Shown here piece after piece: positions 1 through 9,401 of a stretch of 18,210 nt of DNA. The stretch's first letter is position 1. Every line of letters begins with the position of its first letter. Source of the stretch: Promethearchaeota archaeon Loki_b32 (GTDB lineage: Archaea > Asgardarchaeota > Lokiarchaeia > Sigyniarchaeales > SOKP01); NCBI GenBank assembly GCA_005223125.1, contig NJBH01000053.1, positions 1 through 18,210 on the forward strand, given 5' to 3'. The notes beneath the pieces are model-generated. The model was given only the letters and a program-made list of their open reading frames with translations, did not search any database and was not told the DNA's origin. The translations under genes and the position numbers were made by a program.

Positions 1-879
1 GGAATCAAATTTCCTAAATAAGGCATAAGCAGCAATTGGCACGACACATCCACAATTGTCACATAAAAGTGGTGAATTTCCCATGACACAAAACTTTTGT
101 TTTCCATCAGGATAGAAACTTTTTACTTGACCAGTTTTAAATATGCAATGTGGTACAAATTCTTTTGACAGGTATACTTCTAACATTTTTTTTGAATAAC
201 AAATAAAATTTCCATATTCACGCATTACTTTTAATATGTCTTTAATTGTCTTTTTTAATATATTACCTTTTAATAAAAGTGGGCTGTCAGGATAAGCGGT
301 ATATAAGAGAAAGACTAATCCAGAAGCACCATTATCGTGAGCAATCTTAACAATATCTTCAATTTCCTTATAATTTAATGTCATGATGGTTGATGCAACG
401 ACCGGATTGTTCTCCCGAATATTTTGTATGACTTTATCAAAAACCTTCGCACCTCTTATCTTATTATGAGTTTCTCTGGTACCATCTATACTCACCCAGT
501 ATTTTGGTTGTTTATTTCCATTAAATCGAGGTAATTTTATAACTCCATTTGATACAACCTGAACTGAGGGAAAAATTTTAATCGCTTCTTTTATAACATC
601 CATTCTTAAAGTAGGTTCTCCACCAGTTAAAATAGCTATTTTTGTTCCTAATTTTCTATGGTATTTAAAAACCTTAATCCATTCTTCGTCCGATAATTCC
701 GTTCTTTTATTTTTTAATTCCGTTGTTGATGAGAAAAAATAACAATGCTTACATTTTAAGTTACATTGCCAAGTTAAATCATAATTAACATAAAACGGAA
801 CATTTCTTACTATTGACTGTAAAAATGAGGGACCCATGGAAATAAAACTTATTAGATTTTTCATGGTAAATAAGCCCAT
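1..879 (-). CDS. Radical SAM protein with C-terminal Cys-rich (SPASM/twitch-like) region; runs off the left edge
   Basis: Manual translation, absent from the ORF track: MGLFTMKNLISF...YDLTWQCNLKCKHCYF (CxxxCxxC)...ILTGGEPTLR...VSIDGTRETHNKIRG...CVMGNSPLLCDNCGCVVP. In-frame ATGs at 879 and 864. Confidence 0.9.
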   Translation of the reverse strand, partial: MGLFTMKNLISFISMGPSFLQSIVRNVPFYVNYDLTWQCNLKCKHCYFFSSTTELKNKRTELSDEEWIKVFKYHRKLGTKIAILTGGEPTLRMDVIKEAIKIFPSVQVVSNGVIKLPRFNGNKQPKYWVSIDGTRETHNKIRGAKVFDKVIQNIRENNPVVASTIMTLNYKEIEDIVKIAHDNGASGLVFLLYTAYPDSPLLLKGNILKKTIKDILKVMREYGNFICYSKKMLEVYLSKEFVPHCIFKTGQVKSFYPDGKQKFCVMGNSPLLCDNCGCVVPIAAYALFRKFDS

Positions 880-970
880 AATCAATATAAGATTCGAACT
901 TTTAAAAATAAGTCATAAAATATAATCAATTATTGCTTATTTTTTGTTATATTGGATTTAAAATGTAGAG

Positions 971-1002
971 TGCGAAAAGTGGGAAACCCTTACTTTTGAG
1001 CA
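971..1002. other. Stem-loop between fae-hps and the radical SAM gene (possible terminator or regulatory hairpin)
   Basis: tgc-g-aaaagt-ggg-aaa-ccc-tt-actttt-ga-gca: AAAAGT/ACTTTT and GGG/CCC arms; GC-richer than its surroundings. Confidence 0.3.
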
Positions 1003-1063
1003 ATTTAATTTAAGTATGATACTAAAAACTATTTGACGAAAATGATATTTAAAAAAAATTAGA

Positions 1064-2359
1064 TTAGTCCCATTTAGGGCCTCCTGATTTTTCAACAGTA
1101 TTGTCGTCATCTTCAGAGTGTATTCTTTTTAGATCAATATCTTGATACCCGGGAAGTACACTAAGTATTCGTCTCATGGCAAATTCAACATCTTTCGCGC
1201 TGGCTATAAATCTACCTACTATAAGGATATCTGCTCCCTGTTCCAGTGCATACGTCGCGGTACTTGGCTCAATACCTCCGGCGACTGCAACGAGTACTCT
1301 ATCTCTTCCTGAAGCTTTCTTTTGACCGGCATATAATTCTTTAATTTTCGGAATTAACGCCCATCTTGCTTTTTGAGAGGCATCAGGAGATTTGTCTCCA
1401 GCTGTAGATTGTTCAACATCAATTGCTCTATGTAATATGACTACATCTGGAGTTTGTCTTAATGAACTTAGTTTCTCAATAGGGTTTGTAACCTCCATTG
1501 TATCAACAAATGCATGAATACCAAGTCGTTGAGCCTCTAGGATAAACTTATCAAGAGAAGCTGTAGCTGCTAAACCACTTGCTACTACACCATCTGCAGT
1601 TGCATCAAAAGCAAAATCAACCTCTAATTTTCCTACATCTAAGGTCTTTAAATCAGCAACGATAAATTTTTCTTTTGCGGCTTCCCTAATTTGCTTTATT
1701 GATTCAACACCATATTTCTTAAGAAATGGAGTGCCAACTTCTAAAATAATTCGATCACTCTTTGGTAGTTGCTTGACTACTTTAATCTGTTTTTCCAAAT
1801 TTGGCGCATCTAAAGCTACTTGTATGTATGGAGGGCGCCAAAGTCTAGGGACACGAATTCCAGCAACTGGGTGTTTAGCTCGGTCTTTATCATAAAATAT
1901 CTTTTCGATTGGAGGATAGTTTTTAAGTGCTCTCTGAATTGCTAGTTTTGTGGCACCATAATTATATTGATAGATTTTTCGATAATCTGTGGCTTCAGGA
2001 TGTATAAACACACTCACAATTATTAACCAATCGTCCAATTTATTCATAGGGATTAACCCTTCTTCTACTGCATCAGCAATACCTTTTGCTACTGCTGCCT
2101 GAGCAGGACCAAAAATTTTGTTAGCATCTGCCATTTTAGCAACACTCACTTTAGGTACTATAATCGTATAAGGACGAGTTAGCAAATTGGGACGGATGCA
2201 AGATAATAGACCTCCATGCCCTCTTGAAGGAGTACTTATTGCATTTGCAAATGAGATTCCAACAGGTCCATCTTTTGAACCCATTATTAAATCTACATGA
2301 GCTAGGTTAGGGGGTTCTCCTATCAGTGCTTCTCCGATAAAATACTCACTTTTAGCCAT
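1064..2359 (-). CDS. fae-hps: Bifunctional formaldehyde-activating enzyme / 3-hexulose-6-phosphate synthase
   Basis: N-terminal Fae motifs (IGEALIGE..NLAHVDLIMG, FGPAQAAVAKGIAD, VSVFIHP, YNYGATKLAI). C-terminal HPS barrel (IQVALD, LEVGTP, ADLKTLDVG, LHRAIDVE, VAGGI, ILIVGR). Confidence 0.93.
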   Translation of the reverse strand: MAKSEYFIGEALIGEPPNLAHVDLIMGSKDGPVGISFANAISTPSRGHGGLLSCIRPNLLTRPYTIIVPKVSVAKMADANKIFGPAQAAVAKGIADAVEEGLIPMNKLDDWLIIVSVFIHPEATDYRKIYQYNYGATKLAIQRALKNYPPIEKIFYDKDRAKHPVAGIRVPRLWRPPYIQVALDAPNLEKQIKVVKQLPKSDRIILEVGTPFLKKYGVESIKQIREAAKEKFIVADLKTLDVGKLEVDFAFDATADGVVASGLAATASLDKFILEAQRLGIHAFVDTMEVTNPIEKLSSLRQTPDVVILHRAIDVEQSTAGDKSPDASQKARWALIPKIKELYAGQKKASGRDRVLVAVAGGIEPSTATYALEQGADILIVGRFIASAKDVEFAMRRILSVLPGYQDIDLKRIHSEDDDNTVEKSGGPKWD

Positions 2360-2582
2360 ACAAATTTCCTTTTTGATTTTTTATTATTTCTTTTTATAAT
2401 TTTGTAGAGTTTTTCTATTTATTTTAGTGTGTTTCATAGATAATATAGAAAAATGCTTATCTACAATATTCTAGAGTTAATCTTCTATTAATAAAATTAT
2501 TGATCGGAATTTTTTTGTAGAAATAGAAAATTTTTACTTAAAAATATTAATAGAAAATAAAAATAAGGTTATTTATTAGGAT

Positions 2583-3431
2583 TTATGACTTAAGTTTCTT
2601 CCAGATATAACCATGTCCATCGAATAAAATAAAGATAGCAATAGACGATATTATTAAACAGAAAATTAAGAGATCCAAATCTGTTATAACATGACCAAAT
2701 AAAGCTTCTAAGTTAATTACAAAATTACTCATCCAAGGCCATGTTCCAGGAAGAGGTTGTCCATTTAAGAAGAAGTAAAAGAAATCCTCAAGGGTACTAT
2801 ATTGCAAAAGTGTTCCAGCCACAAAAATATTCCAGCTTTGTCTTTTAGAACCACCACCTAACTTCCAGCCAATAGCAAGAATGAGATAAAAAAATGTCAT
2901 CAAAAGTCCCCAGAAGGACAAATAATACATAGTTTTATCTGTTACACCCGCATACCAAAGATCGTCGATGGTAGAATTAACAAGAAATCCAATAGGGGCT
3001 ATAATTACTGCAAAAAGAATAACTAGTATTAGAATTCTATGATTAAACTTTTTTGGTTGAAGAAAAAAGGCTGGAATTAATCCAAACAATACTAATTGTA
3101 CATATAAAAAAAAACCAGGTGATATTTCAAGAATTAAATAAAAAACGATTGGAATCCCGTTGGCAATCAAGAATAGAATTACTCCAATCATGAGCCATTT
3201 TTTATCAGATTTTCCTCTTTCGCTTTCTATATTACCTGCTAGATACATGAATCCTATAGGTAATATTAGCCCTAAACTTAACAAACTAATTAACCATACA
3301 AGTCGTATAGCCAATCCTACTTCTGAATTTTCAGCAGCCCAATCTACTTCAGCTGTTAGTATGATTACACCTATAAATATGGCGAGGATTAAAATTTTTT
3401 TTATCCAAGGATTTAAATTATTTTCAGACAT
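2583..3431 (-). CDS. Multi-pass membrane protein of unknown function
   Basis: 282 aa with about 7-8 hydrophobic segments and a polar motif LEDFFYFFLNGQPLPGTWPW. Confidence 0.75.
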   Translation of the reverse strand: MSENNLNPWIKKILILAIFIGVIILTAEVDWAAENSEVGLAIRLVWLISLLSLGLILPIGFMYLAGNIESERGKSDKKWLMIGVILFLIANGIPIVFYLILEISPGFFLYVQLVLFGLIPAFFLQPKKFNHRILILVILFAVIIAPIGFLVNSTIDDLWYAGVTDKTMYYLSFWGLLMTFFYLILAIGWKLGGGSKRQSWNIFVAGTLLQYSTLEDFFYFFLNGQPLPGTWPWMSNFVINLEALFGHVITDLDLLIFCLIISSIAIFILFDGHGYIWKKLKS

Positions 3432-3593
3432 ATTTACTCATTTCTTTGTATCTGTATTAAACATAATGTTTATCACTGGACTATTAAACCAAATCTTGTG
3501 ATGTTTAAATATTATTTGACAATTTTAATAAATATTATAAAAAAATTTTTATGATTAAGTAAATATTTCTTCTTAATTATTTGTTAGAATGAA

Positions 3594-4727
3594 ATGATAA
3601 GAATAAAATCGCGTAGTGGTTCATTTAAACTTCCACTATTGGGATATGCTGCTTATAGTGTAACAAAATTTTTTGACCAGTTTAAGTCACTTTCTTTTTT
3701 CCTTGATAAAATAGAGTCTATAACGTTACATAACGACATTGAAAAATTAAATATAGATAAACCAATTTATATTACTGGTCTTGCTCGTGCTGGGACAACA
3801 ATCGTATTAGAAATGTTAAGTAAGCATGTAGACGTAGCATCACACCGATATAAACATATTCTTATGCCATATCTTCCTCATTGGTTTAGTAAGATGGCAA
3901 ATCAACTAAATTTTTATACAAAACCTTTTGAACGGTTCCATAAAGATGGCATAATCGTTACACGAGAAAGTCCCGAAGCGATTGAAGAAATTTTTTGGCG
4001 AAAATTCTTTGAAAACAACCATAGCGAAAATATTTCTAGTATAATTAACGGAGATGTTTCCAATCCCAAATTTGAGAAATTTTACAGAAATCATATTCGG
4101 AAACTTATTCTTAATCAAAATTGTTCTCGGTACTTAACAAAAAATAATTATAACATTACAAGATTAGAATACTTGCTCCAACTTTTCCCAAGAACTAAAT
4201 TTTTGATTATCATACGTAATCCAGTCGATCATATTGCTTCATTAATTAAACAAACACAACTTTTTTTAAATATGGAAAAGGAAAATCCAATTTTAATAGA
4301 CTGGTTGAGAATTATGGGTCATAGTGAATTTGGTCATCATCAATCATGTATAAATGTAGGCAATACAGGACTCATTCATGAAATTCGTAAATTATGGAGT
4401 CGTAAAGAGACATATGTAAAAGGATGGGCACATTATTGGACCTCCATATATGATCTAGTGGCTAATCAGCTTGATACAAACAAGAAACTTAAAAAAACAA
4501 CATTAGTTGTTAGGTATGATGAACTTTGTGAATTTCCAGCAAAAATTATCGATGAGATTCTCGAGCATACCGAGCTTTCAACAAAAAAATTTGAGAAAGT
4601 CAAGAAGTATTACATTAATCATCTGCATAAACCTACTTATTATACTCCAAATTTTTCTCAGAAGGATATTACATATATCTCTGAAATCACTAAACCGACA
4701 GCTGCTCGATTTGGGTTAAACGGGTAA
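3594..4727 (+). CDS. PAPS-dependent sulfotransferase family protein
   Basis: 5'-PSB loop PIYITGLARAGTT, LTKNN, 3'-PB-like IIIRNPVDHIAS, VRYDEL. Confidence 0.88.
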   Translation: MIRIKSRSGSFKLPLLGYAAYSVTKFFDQFKSLSFFLDKIESITLHNDIEKLNIDKPIYITGLARAGTTIVLEMLSKHVDVASHRYKHILMPYLPHWFSKMANQLNFYTKPFERFHKDGIIVTRESPEAIEEIFWRKFFENNHSENISSIINGDVSNPKFEKFYRNHIRKLILNQNCSRYLTKNNYNITRLEYLLQLFPRTKFLIIIRNPVDHIASLIKQTQLFLNMEKENPILIDWLRIMGHSEFGHHQSCINVGNTGLIHEIRKLWSRKETYVKGWAHYWTSIYDLVANQLDTNKKLKKTTLVVRYDELCEFPAKIIDEILEHTELSTKKFEKVKKYYINHLHKPTYYTPNFSQKDITYISEITKPTAARFGLNG

Positions 4728-4855
4728 TATATTAGTTAATTCTTAGATCTTAAGTATACTTACAAAACATTCACCTTAGTAAATTATTTATATCTAAATT
4801 GACATTTATATCAAAATAATCAAATTGAAATTTAAGCATTAAAGGGTAAAAATAT

Positions 4856-5158
4856 ATGGTATATACAATTGCAGAGGGAAAATTTCCTAAGAAACCGGAA
4901 TATGGAAATGTTTTAGAAGCTTGTCGAAAAGATTTCAGAGATTTTAAAAAGGATGATGGCTACAGAGTAGATGACCATCTACATTCTCAGATTGAAAAAA
5001 ATGTTCGAGTTGGGGCGCTTAATAAGGTTTTAATCAGCCAGAGAGAGAATTTACAGAGTATTAGAAACCTAATTCAGAAAGGCAGGGAAGATATTGCATT
5101 TTCGATTTTTTTTCGAACGTTTCCGAGTTGCTTACCTCATAGAGCAAGGAATTTTTAA
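4856..5158 (+). CDS. Hypothetical protein
   Basis: 100-aa ATG ORF filling the gap between the sulfotransferase and ATL genes; no recognised motif. Confidence 0.55.
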   Translation: MVYTIAEGKFPKKPEYGNVLEACRKDFRDFKKDDGYRVDDHLHSQIEKNVRVGALNKVLISQRENLQSIRNLIQKGREDIAFSIFFRTFPSCLPHRARNF

Positions 5159-5168
5159 CTTAAAAATA

Positions 5169-5501
5169 CTATTTTCCTACTTTTTCAATAGACTCGATAT
5201 TCCATAAATATTTTTTAAGATCGAGTTTAAATTCATCTGAAAACGTAATTCCTTCTTGTTCCAGTAGATTTTTTTGATATTCTCGATCTTCGATAGATTT
5301 TAAAGCTATTATTCCCTTTGAATTGATGACACGATGCCAGGGAAGATTATATTTTTTAGTAGATGAGTGTAAAGTCCATGAAACCTGTCTAGCAGCTCTT
5401 GGATTTCCTGCTAACTTGGCAATAAAACCATAAGTAAGAACTTTACCTTTTGGAATATTTTTAATTATATGAACTATTTTTTCTGTAAAATCACTAGGGA
5501 T
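5169..5501 (-). CDS. Alkyltransferase-like (ATL, Atl1/YbaZ-type) MGMT-family DNA-binding protein; probable ATC start
   Basis: Manual translation: (I/M)PSDFTEKIVHIIKNIPKGKVLTYGFIAKLAGNPRAARQVSWTLHSSTKKYNLPWHRVINSKG...YQKNLLEQEGI...YLW. PWHRV (Trp in place of catalytic Cys). No in-frame ATG/GTG/TTG; in-frame TGA at 5510-5508. Confidence 0.88.
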   Translation of the reverse strand: MPSDFTEKIVHIIKNIPKGKVLTYGFIAKLAGNPRAARQVSWTLHSSTKKYNLPWHRVINSKGIIALKSIEDREYQKNLLEQEGITFSDEFKLDLKKYLWNIESIEKVGK

Positions 5502-5531
5502 TGATAATCACTATTTTTGTTTATTTTTTAT

Positions 5532-6878
5532 CTAAATATTTCGATGATATTGCTTTTCAATTTCTTTTGCTTTAGTAAATAGTTTTTCTAATTCCATTTT
5601 ATTTAACTCTTTAGTTTTGAAAATTATATGATTACAGTCATATTTTGTGAAATTATGTTCAAAGATGGTAATTCCAAATTCTTCTCTTTCATCCCACAAA
5701 CGAGATCCCGGGTAAGGAGTTGCTACAAAATAGTTTAAATCATCCTCCTTATCTAAAGGTAGAGATTCTATGAATTCAATCGTTTGAAAAAAGCTGTCTT
5801 CTGTTTCACCTGGTAATCCTAAAACAAAGTATGCTTGTATAGCAATATCATATTTCTTTAAATTTATAATTCCCTTTCTAACTTGTTCTGGGTTCTGATA
5901 TTTAAAATTTGTTTTGAGTACTTTTTCGTTCGCAGACTCAATACCAGTCGCTATTAATTGGCAACCTGCTTCTTTCAATAAACGAGCATCTTCAGAATTA
6001 ATTGTATCTACACGGAGTTCACAACCCCAAGGAATTCTGATTCCATTTTCAATGAACATTCGACAAAAATTTCTAAAAAAACTTTTAGAAATATTAATGT
6101 TATCATAAAAGTTGATATGATTATACGTTTGTAAAGATTGGATATCTCTGATTTCTTTTAGAATTGATTCGATGCTTCTAATCCTAGTTTTCTTAAATAA
6201 GTTTTGTCTTGAACAAAATGAGCATTGATTAGGACAACCTCTATTGACTATAACATGTGCAACCGTGTAATAATAATTGTCTTGAGATAATTTATATCGG
6301 GCAGGTAAAGGTAATTTCTCCATATCAATCTCATCTATTTGATGATTAACATGGATACTTCCCGTAGAATTAATATACGCAATTCCTTTCATAGATTGTA
6401 ATTGCATCTTATAATAATCTAATCTTCTCTCATTTAGAATTTGAGTAGTTAATATTTTAGCCAAACTTAGAAAGGAGGTCTCTGCTTCTCCAATGCAAAT
6501 GAAATCAATTAAACTTTCAGTTTTTATGTCATTTTTTAGGATGTCTTTATATATAAAAGATACATGAGGTCCACCCAAAATAACGTAGTTATCTTTATCA
6601 TAATTTTTAATAATTTTTGCAACTCTTAACGCGAGATGGAATGTATTTGTAAGGGATGTAATGCCAAAAATTTTGTAATCGGCTATTCTTTCTTTAATTA
6701 TATTTTCTAATTCTACTTCATTTAAATCAACAAATTGCTCAAGATCTAAAATATCGACTGGAATATCATTTAAATCTAAAATTGCGGTTAAGTATAATAA
6801 TCCTAAGTTTGGTTCTCTAAAAAACTGTGAACGAACTTCTGAGGGCTTAGAAGTTCTAGGATTAATTAGCAGAATCAT
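5532..6878 (-). CDS. Cobalamin-binding-domain radical SAM protein
   Basis: N-terminal B12-binding fold (LLINP, PNLGLLYL, ILGGPH, IGEAE); NRGCPNQCSFC; GIESANEKVL; FVLGLPGET; TPYPGSRLW. Confidence 0.92.
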   Translation of the reverse strand: MILLINPRTSKPSEVRSQFFREPNLGLLYLTAILDLNDIPVDILDLEQFVDLNEVELENIIKERIADYKIFGITSLTNTFHLALRVAKIIKNYDKDNYVILGGPHVSFIYKDILKNDIKTESLIDFICIGEAETSFLSLAKILTTQILNERRLDYYKMQLQSMKGIAYINSTGSIHVNHQIDEIDMEKLPLPARYKLSQDNYYYTVAHVIVNRGCPNQCSFCSRQNLFKKTRIRSIESILKEIRDIQSLQTYNHINFYDNINISKSFFRNFCRMFIENGIRIPWGCELRVDTINSEDARLLKEAGCQLIATGIESANEKVLKTNFKYQNPEQVRKGIINLKKYDIAIQAYFVLGLPGETEDSFFQTIEFIESLPLDKEDDLNYFVATPYPGSRLWDEREEFGITIFEHNFTKYDCNHIIFKTKELNKMELEKLFTKAKEIEKQYHRNI

Positions 6879-7680
6879 TGTTATTATTAGTTTCGCTTTT
6901 TTCCGGTAATTTTTTAGGAATTTGAAATGCTTTAATTAAAGAGTCAATAGCCCCTGGTTTACTATATTTTTCCTCATAAATTAGCGGGATTTCAATTTTT
7001 AATGAAGAAGATTTATCAGATTCATTAATATATAACTCAAGTCCTTGGATATTTCGTTCTTTTATGATTAATCGTGTTGAATAATTATGGTCTTGAAAGA
7101 ATGTAAAACCTGTATTTAATCGTCCTAATTTTACAGGTTTAACAGTAATTTTTTCTTCCTTAACAAAAGATTCTGTAATTTCCTCATCTGTGAATATAGT
7201 CCCGCCAATTATCATAAATCTTCGAATAAGGCTATCTGGTTGAGGAAACTCATTTATATATTCTAGAGCTTTGTTTACTTTTGGATTTGAGACTGAAATG
7301 TGGGCAACATATTTATCAGGAGTAGGTTCTGGAAAATCTTTTTTTTCGATTGGTTTAGCTCGACCTCCGCCAATTGGTTTTTGTAATAATTCCCGAAATT
7401 CCTGATCTTCTTTTGAATGCATATTCAATGGGTACACTCTATAAAATAATTTTAATTGTTGCCGTAGCTTACCAGCTAAAATCCCTCCGTATATTTGTAC
7501 TTTAAAAGAACTCTTTGGACCATTAAACGTCCAAATTCTTTTAGTATCATGATCTACAAGCAAATATGCTCTTTCAATACTAGTTTCATTCAAGATATCA
7601 CTAACTACCTGTCCTTGAGCCACTTCTCTTGTCTCCATGTAAGGGAATTCTGATAATTCCACTACTTCAAATATTTGCAT
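6862..7680 (-). CDS. Divergent gelsolin-like domain protein with a beta-rich C-terminal domain
   Basis: AYLLVDHDTKRIWTFNGPKSS resembles the gelsolin core (xYLLD...IWxWxGxxSS). Overlaps the next gene by 17 nt. Confidence 0.55.
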   Translation of the reverse strand: MQIFEVVELSEFPYMETREVAQGQVVSDILNETSIERAYLLVDHDTKRIWTFNGPKSSFKVQIYGGILAGKLRQQLKLFYRVYPLNMHSKEDQEFRELLQKPIGGGRAKPIEKKDFPEPTPDKYVAHISVSNPKVNKALEYINEFPQPDSLIRRFMIIGGTIFTDEEITESFVKEEKITVKPVKLGRLNTGFTFFQDHNYSTRLIIKERNIQGLELYINESDKSSSLKIEIPLIYEEKYSKPGAIDSLIKAFQIPKKLPEKSETNNNNDSAN

Positions 7681-7831
7681 ATTGGAATATCTAATAATTT
7701 CTTATATAATTGTAATAGGTAATTCATTAAAATAAATTTCATTATCTTTATTTATTTAGAAACTAATTCAAAATATTACTTTTCCATAAAATTTTTATGA
7801 AAAAATACATTTTAGAAGTTATTGATGTATC

Positions 7832-8230
7832 GTGTCCTCTGAAAAAATTGTATACAAATTAAACATTAGTGGTGGGACTGAAGGTCCCGGAAAAGGATTA
7901 TCTAAACCAATTGAGATTGATGAGAAGAAGTTTCGATTTGAAGGGATGAAAATCGGAGAGATCATCAAGGGGGGGCTTATAGGATTCGCTAATTATGAAT
8001 TTGAAATCACAGGAGGGAGTGATTCTAGCGGTTTTCCTATGAGAAAGGATGTTCATAGACCAGTTAAAAAGAGAATATTAGTATCAAAAAGAGGTATTGG
8101 ATACAAACCTCGACGAAAAGGAGAAAAACGGAGAAGAACAGTAAGAGGAAATGAAATAACACACAACATGAATTTAATAAATTTGAAGGTTGTGAAATAC
8201 GGAGAAGCTGAACTATTTAAGAAGGAATAA
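7832..8230 (+). CDS. rps6e: 30S ribosomal protein S6e
   Basis: YKLNIS, GMKIGE, YEFEITGGSDSSGFPMRKDV, GEKRRRTVRGN; GTG start. Confidence 0.96.
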   Translation: MSSEKIVYKLNISGGTEGPGKGLSKPIEIDEKKFRFEGMKIGEIIKGGLIGFANYEFEITGGSDSSGFPMRKDVHRPVKKRILVSKRGIGYKPRRKGEKRRRTVRGNEITHNMNLINLKVVKYGEAELFKKE

Positions 8231-8258
8231 GATTTAAAAAATACTCTGAGTAAAAATA

Positions 8259-8441
8259 ATGGTAAAGGTTAAAAAGTGTAGTTTTTGTGGTTACGACATT
8301 CCTATTGGCCGAGGTCTCATGTTTGTGAAGAGAGATGGTACAGTTCTTAACTTTTGCTCTAATAAATGTCGAAGATCATTGCTTGATTTTAAAAGAAAAG
8401 CAAGAAAAATAAGATGGACTGCCCATTACGGGAAACAATGA
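8259..8441 (+). CDS. rpl24e: 50S ribosomal protein L24e
   Basis: CSFCGYDIPIGRGLMFVKRDGTVLNFCSNKC...ARKIRWT. Confidence 0.96.
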   Translation: MVKVKKCSFCGYDIPIGRGLMFVKRDGTVLNFCSNKCRRSLLDFKRKARKIRWTAHYGKQ

Positions 8442-8482
8442 TCGAATTTATTCTTATTTACTCTTTCTAATAATTGAAAAAA

Positions 8483-8683
8483 TTATTGTAATCGTGGAAA
8501 TTTAAGGAGTTCATCAATTAAATCTACATGACTTACAATCATTCTTTTGCAACAGAAACGCTCAATTCCAAGATCTTTAAACGCTTTTTCAGAAGATTCA
8601 CCTTTTTCTAACATTTCTAGATAATGTTTGTAAACATGAGCGATTAATGCCCCGCAACTAAAGCAACGGATTGGTATAATAAT
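8483..8683 (-). CDS. rpoN: RNA polymerase subunit N (Rpo10); probable ATT start
   Basis: IIPIRCFSCG...LGIERFCCKRMIVSHVDL. Family homology starts at ATT 8683, 6 nt after GAGGAGA. The ORF-track TTG at 8767 adds 28 non-homologous residues. Confidence 0.93.
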   Translation of the reverse strand: MIIPIRCFSCGALIAHVYKHYLEMLEKGESSEKAFKDLGIERFCCKRMIVSHVDLIDELLKFPRLQ

Positions 8684-8812
8684 GGTATATCTCCTCGTAT
8701 ATTCAATTCTGGTAATTTTCTTAAAATTAAATAAAGAATAATCAAATCTGAAATAATAAATGAACAATTTAAAAAAAACTTTACTATTGATTATTCTTAA
8801 AAAAATTGAAAA

Positions 8813-9010
8813 TTAAATTATAATTAAAATTTCATTTTCTTGGAGGTAGTGTGGAATTTCTGATATAAAGTTATTCCTTAAATATAATTTCTTTAAAGAT
8901 CTTAAATTTATAATAAAGGATGGTAGTTCTGTGAAATAATTTCTATTTATTGATAAAATCTCAAGTGAATTTAATTGATTTAATGTTTTTGGAAACGTTC
9001 TAAATACTAT
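8813..9010 (-). pseudogene. 3' stub of a leucine-rich-repeat protein
   Basis: Two LRR units (LNSLEILSINRNYFTELP, LRSLKKLYLRNNFISEIP); no homologous N-terminus upstream. Left boundary of homology is approximate. Confidence 0.65.
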
Positions 9011-9089
9011 GAAGAAATACACTCAAGTTAGAATTGATCCGTAATTGATATGAAGGGATATAGGAGGTTAAAATAAATTAGGTGGTAAT

Positions 9090-9401
9090 ATGGTAAATAG
9101 GATTGTTATATCAAAATATTTGTTTTGTCCTGTATGTTTTAGAAATGAGAAAAAATTCTTCGCATAAAAATGTTATATTGACGAGAATCATATCCATCTA
9201 TGTGAATGTAGTTATTGCAGAGAATATTGGGAAATTAGGGCTTTAAAGGAGAACCTTGAACGTCTTGAGGAAGAAATTGAAATTTTTATAATTCAATCAG
9301 ACATAGGTATTTGGAGCTTTCGAAAAGAATCGTTAGAATTTTCGGGTACTCATATCTTGTATACTCCTTTTTGGAATGTCATCTCTTATAAGCGGTACTA
9401 A
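9090..9401 (+). pseudogene. Small Zn-ribbon protein interrupted by an in-frame TAA
   Basis: AGGTGG then ATG 9090: MVNRIVISKYLFCPVCFRNEKKFFA*KCYIDENHIHLCECSYCREYWEIRALKENLERLEEEI... The TAA at 9165-9167 lies between the two CxxC pairs. Confidence 0.5.

Noticed and set aside
3160-3501. Track ORF, 113 aa (+)
   Set aside because: Antisense shadow of the membrane protein gene.
3906-4719. Track ORFs 3906-4118 (-) and 4507-4719 (+)
   Set aside because: Nested within the sulfotransferase; no motifs.
5914-6108. Track ORF, 64 aa (+)
   Set aside because: Antisense to the B12 radical SAM gene.
8684-8767. 28-aa N-terminal extension of Rpo10 from TTG 8767
   Set aside because: Non-homologous AT-rich sequence that contains the SD; ATT 8683 fits the family start.
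9165-9167. Recoding (Sec/Pyl) of the stop in the Zn-ribbon ORF
   Set aside because: The stop is TAA, not TGA or TAG, and TAA ends many genes here; a nonsense mutation is simpler.
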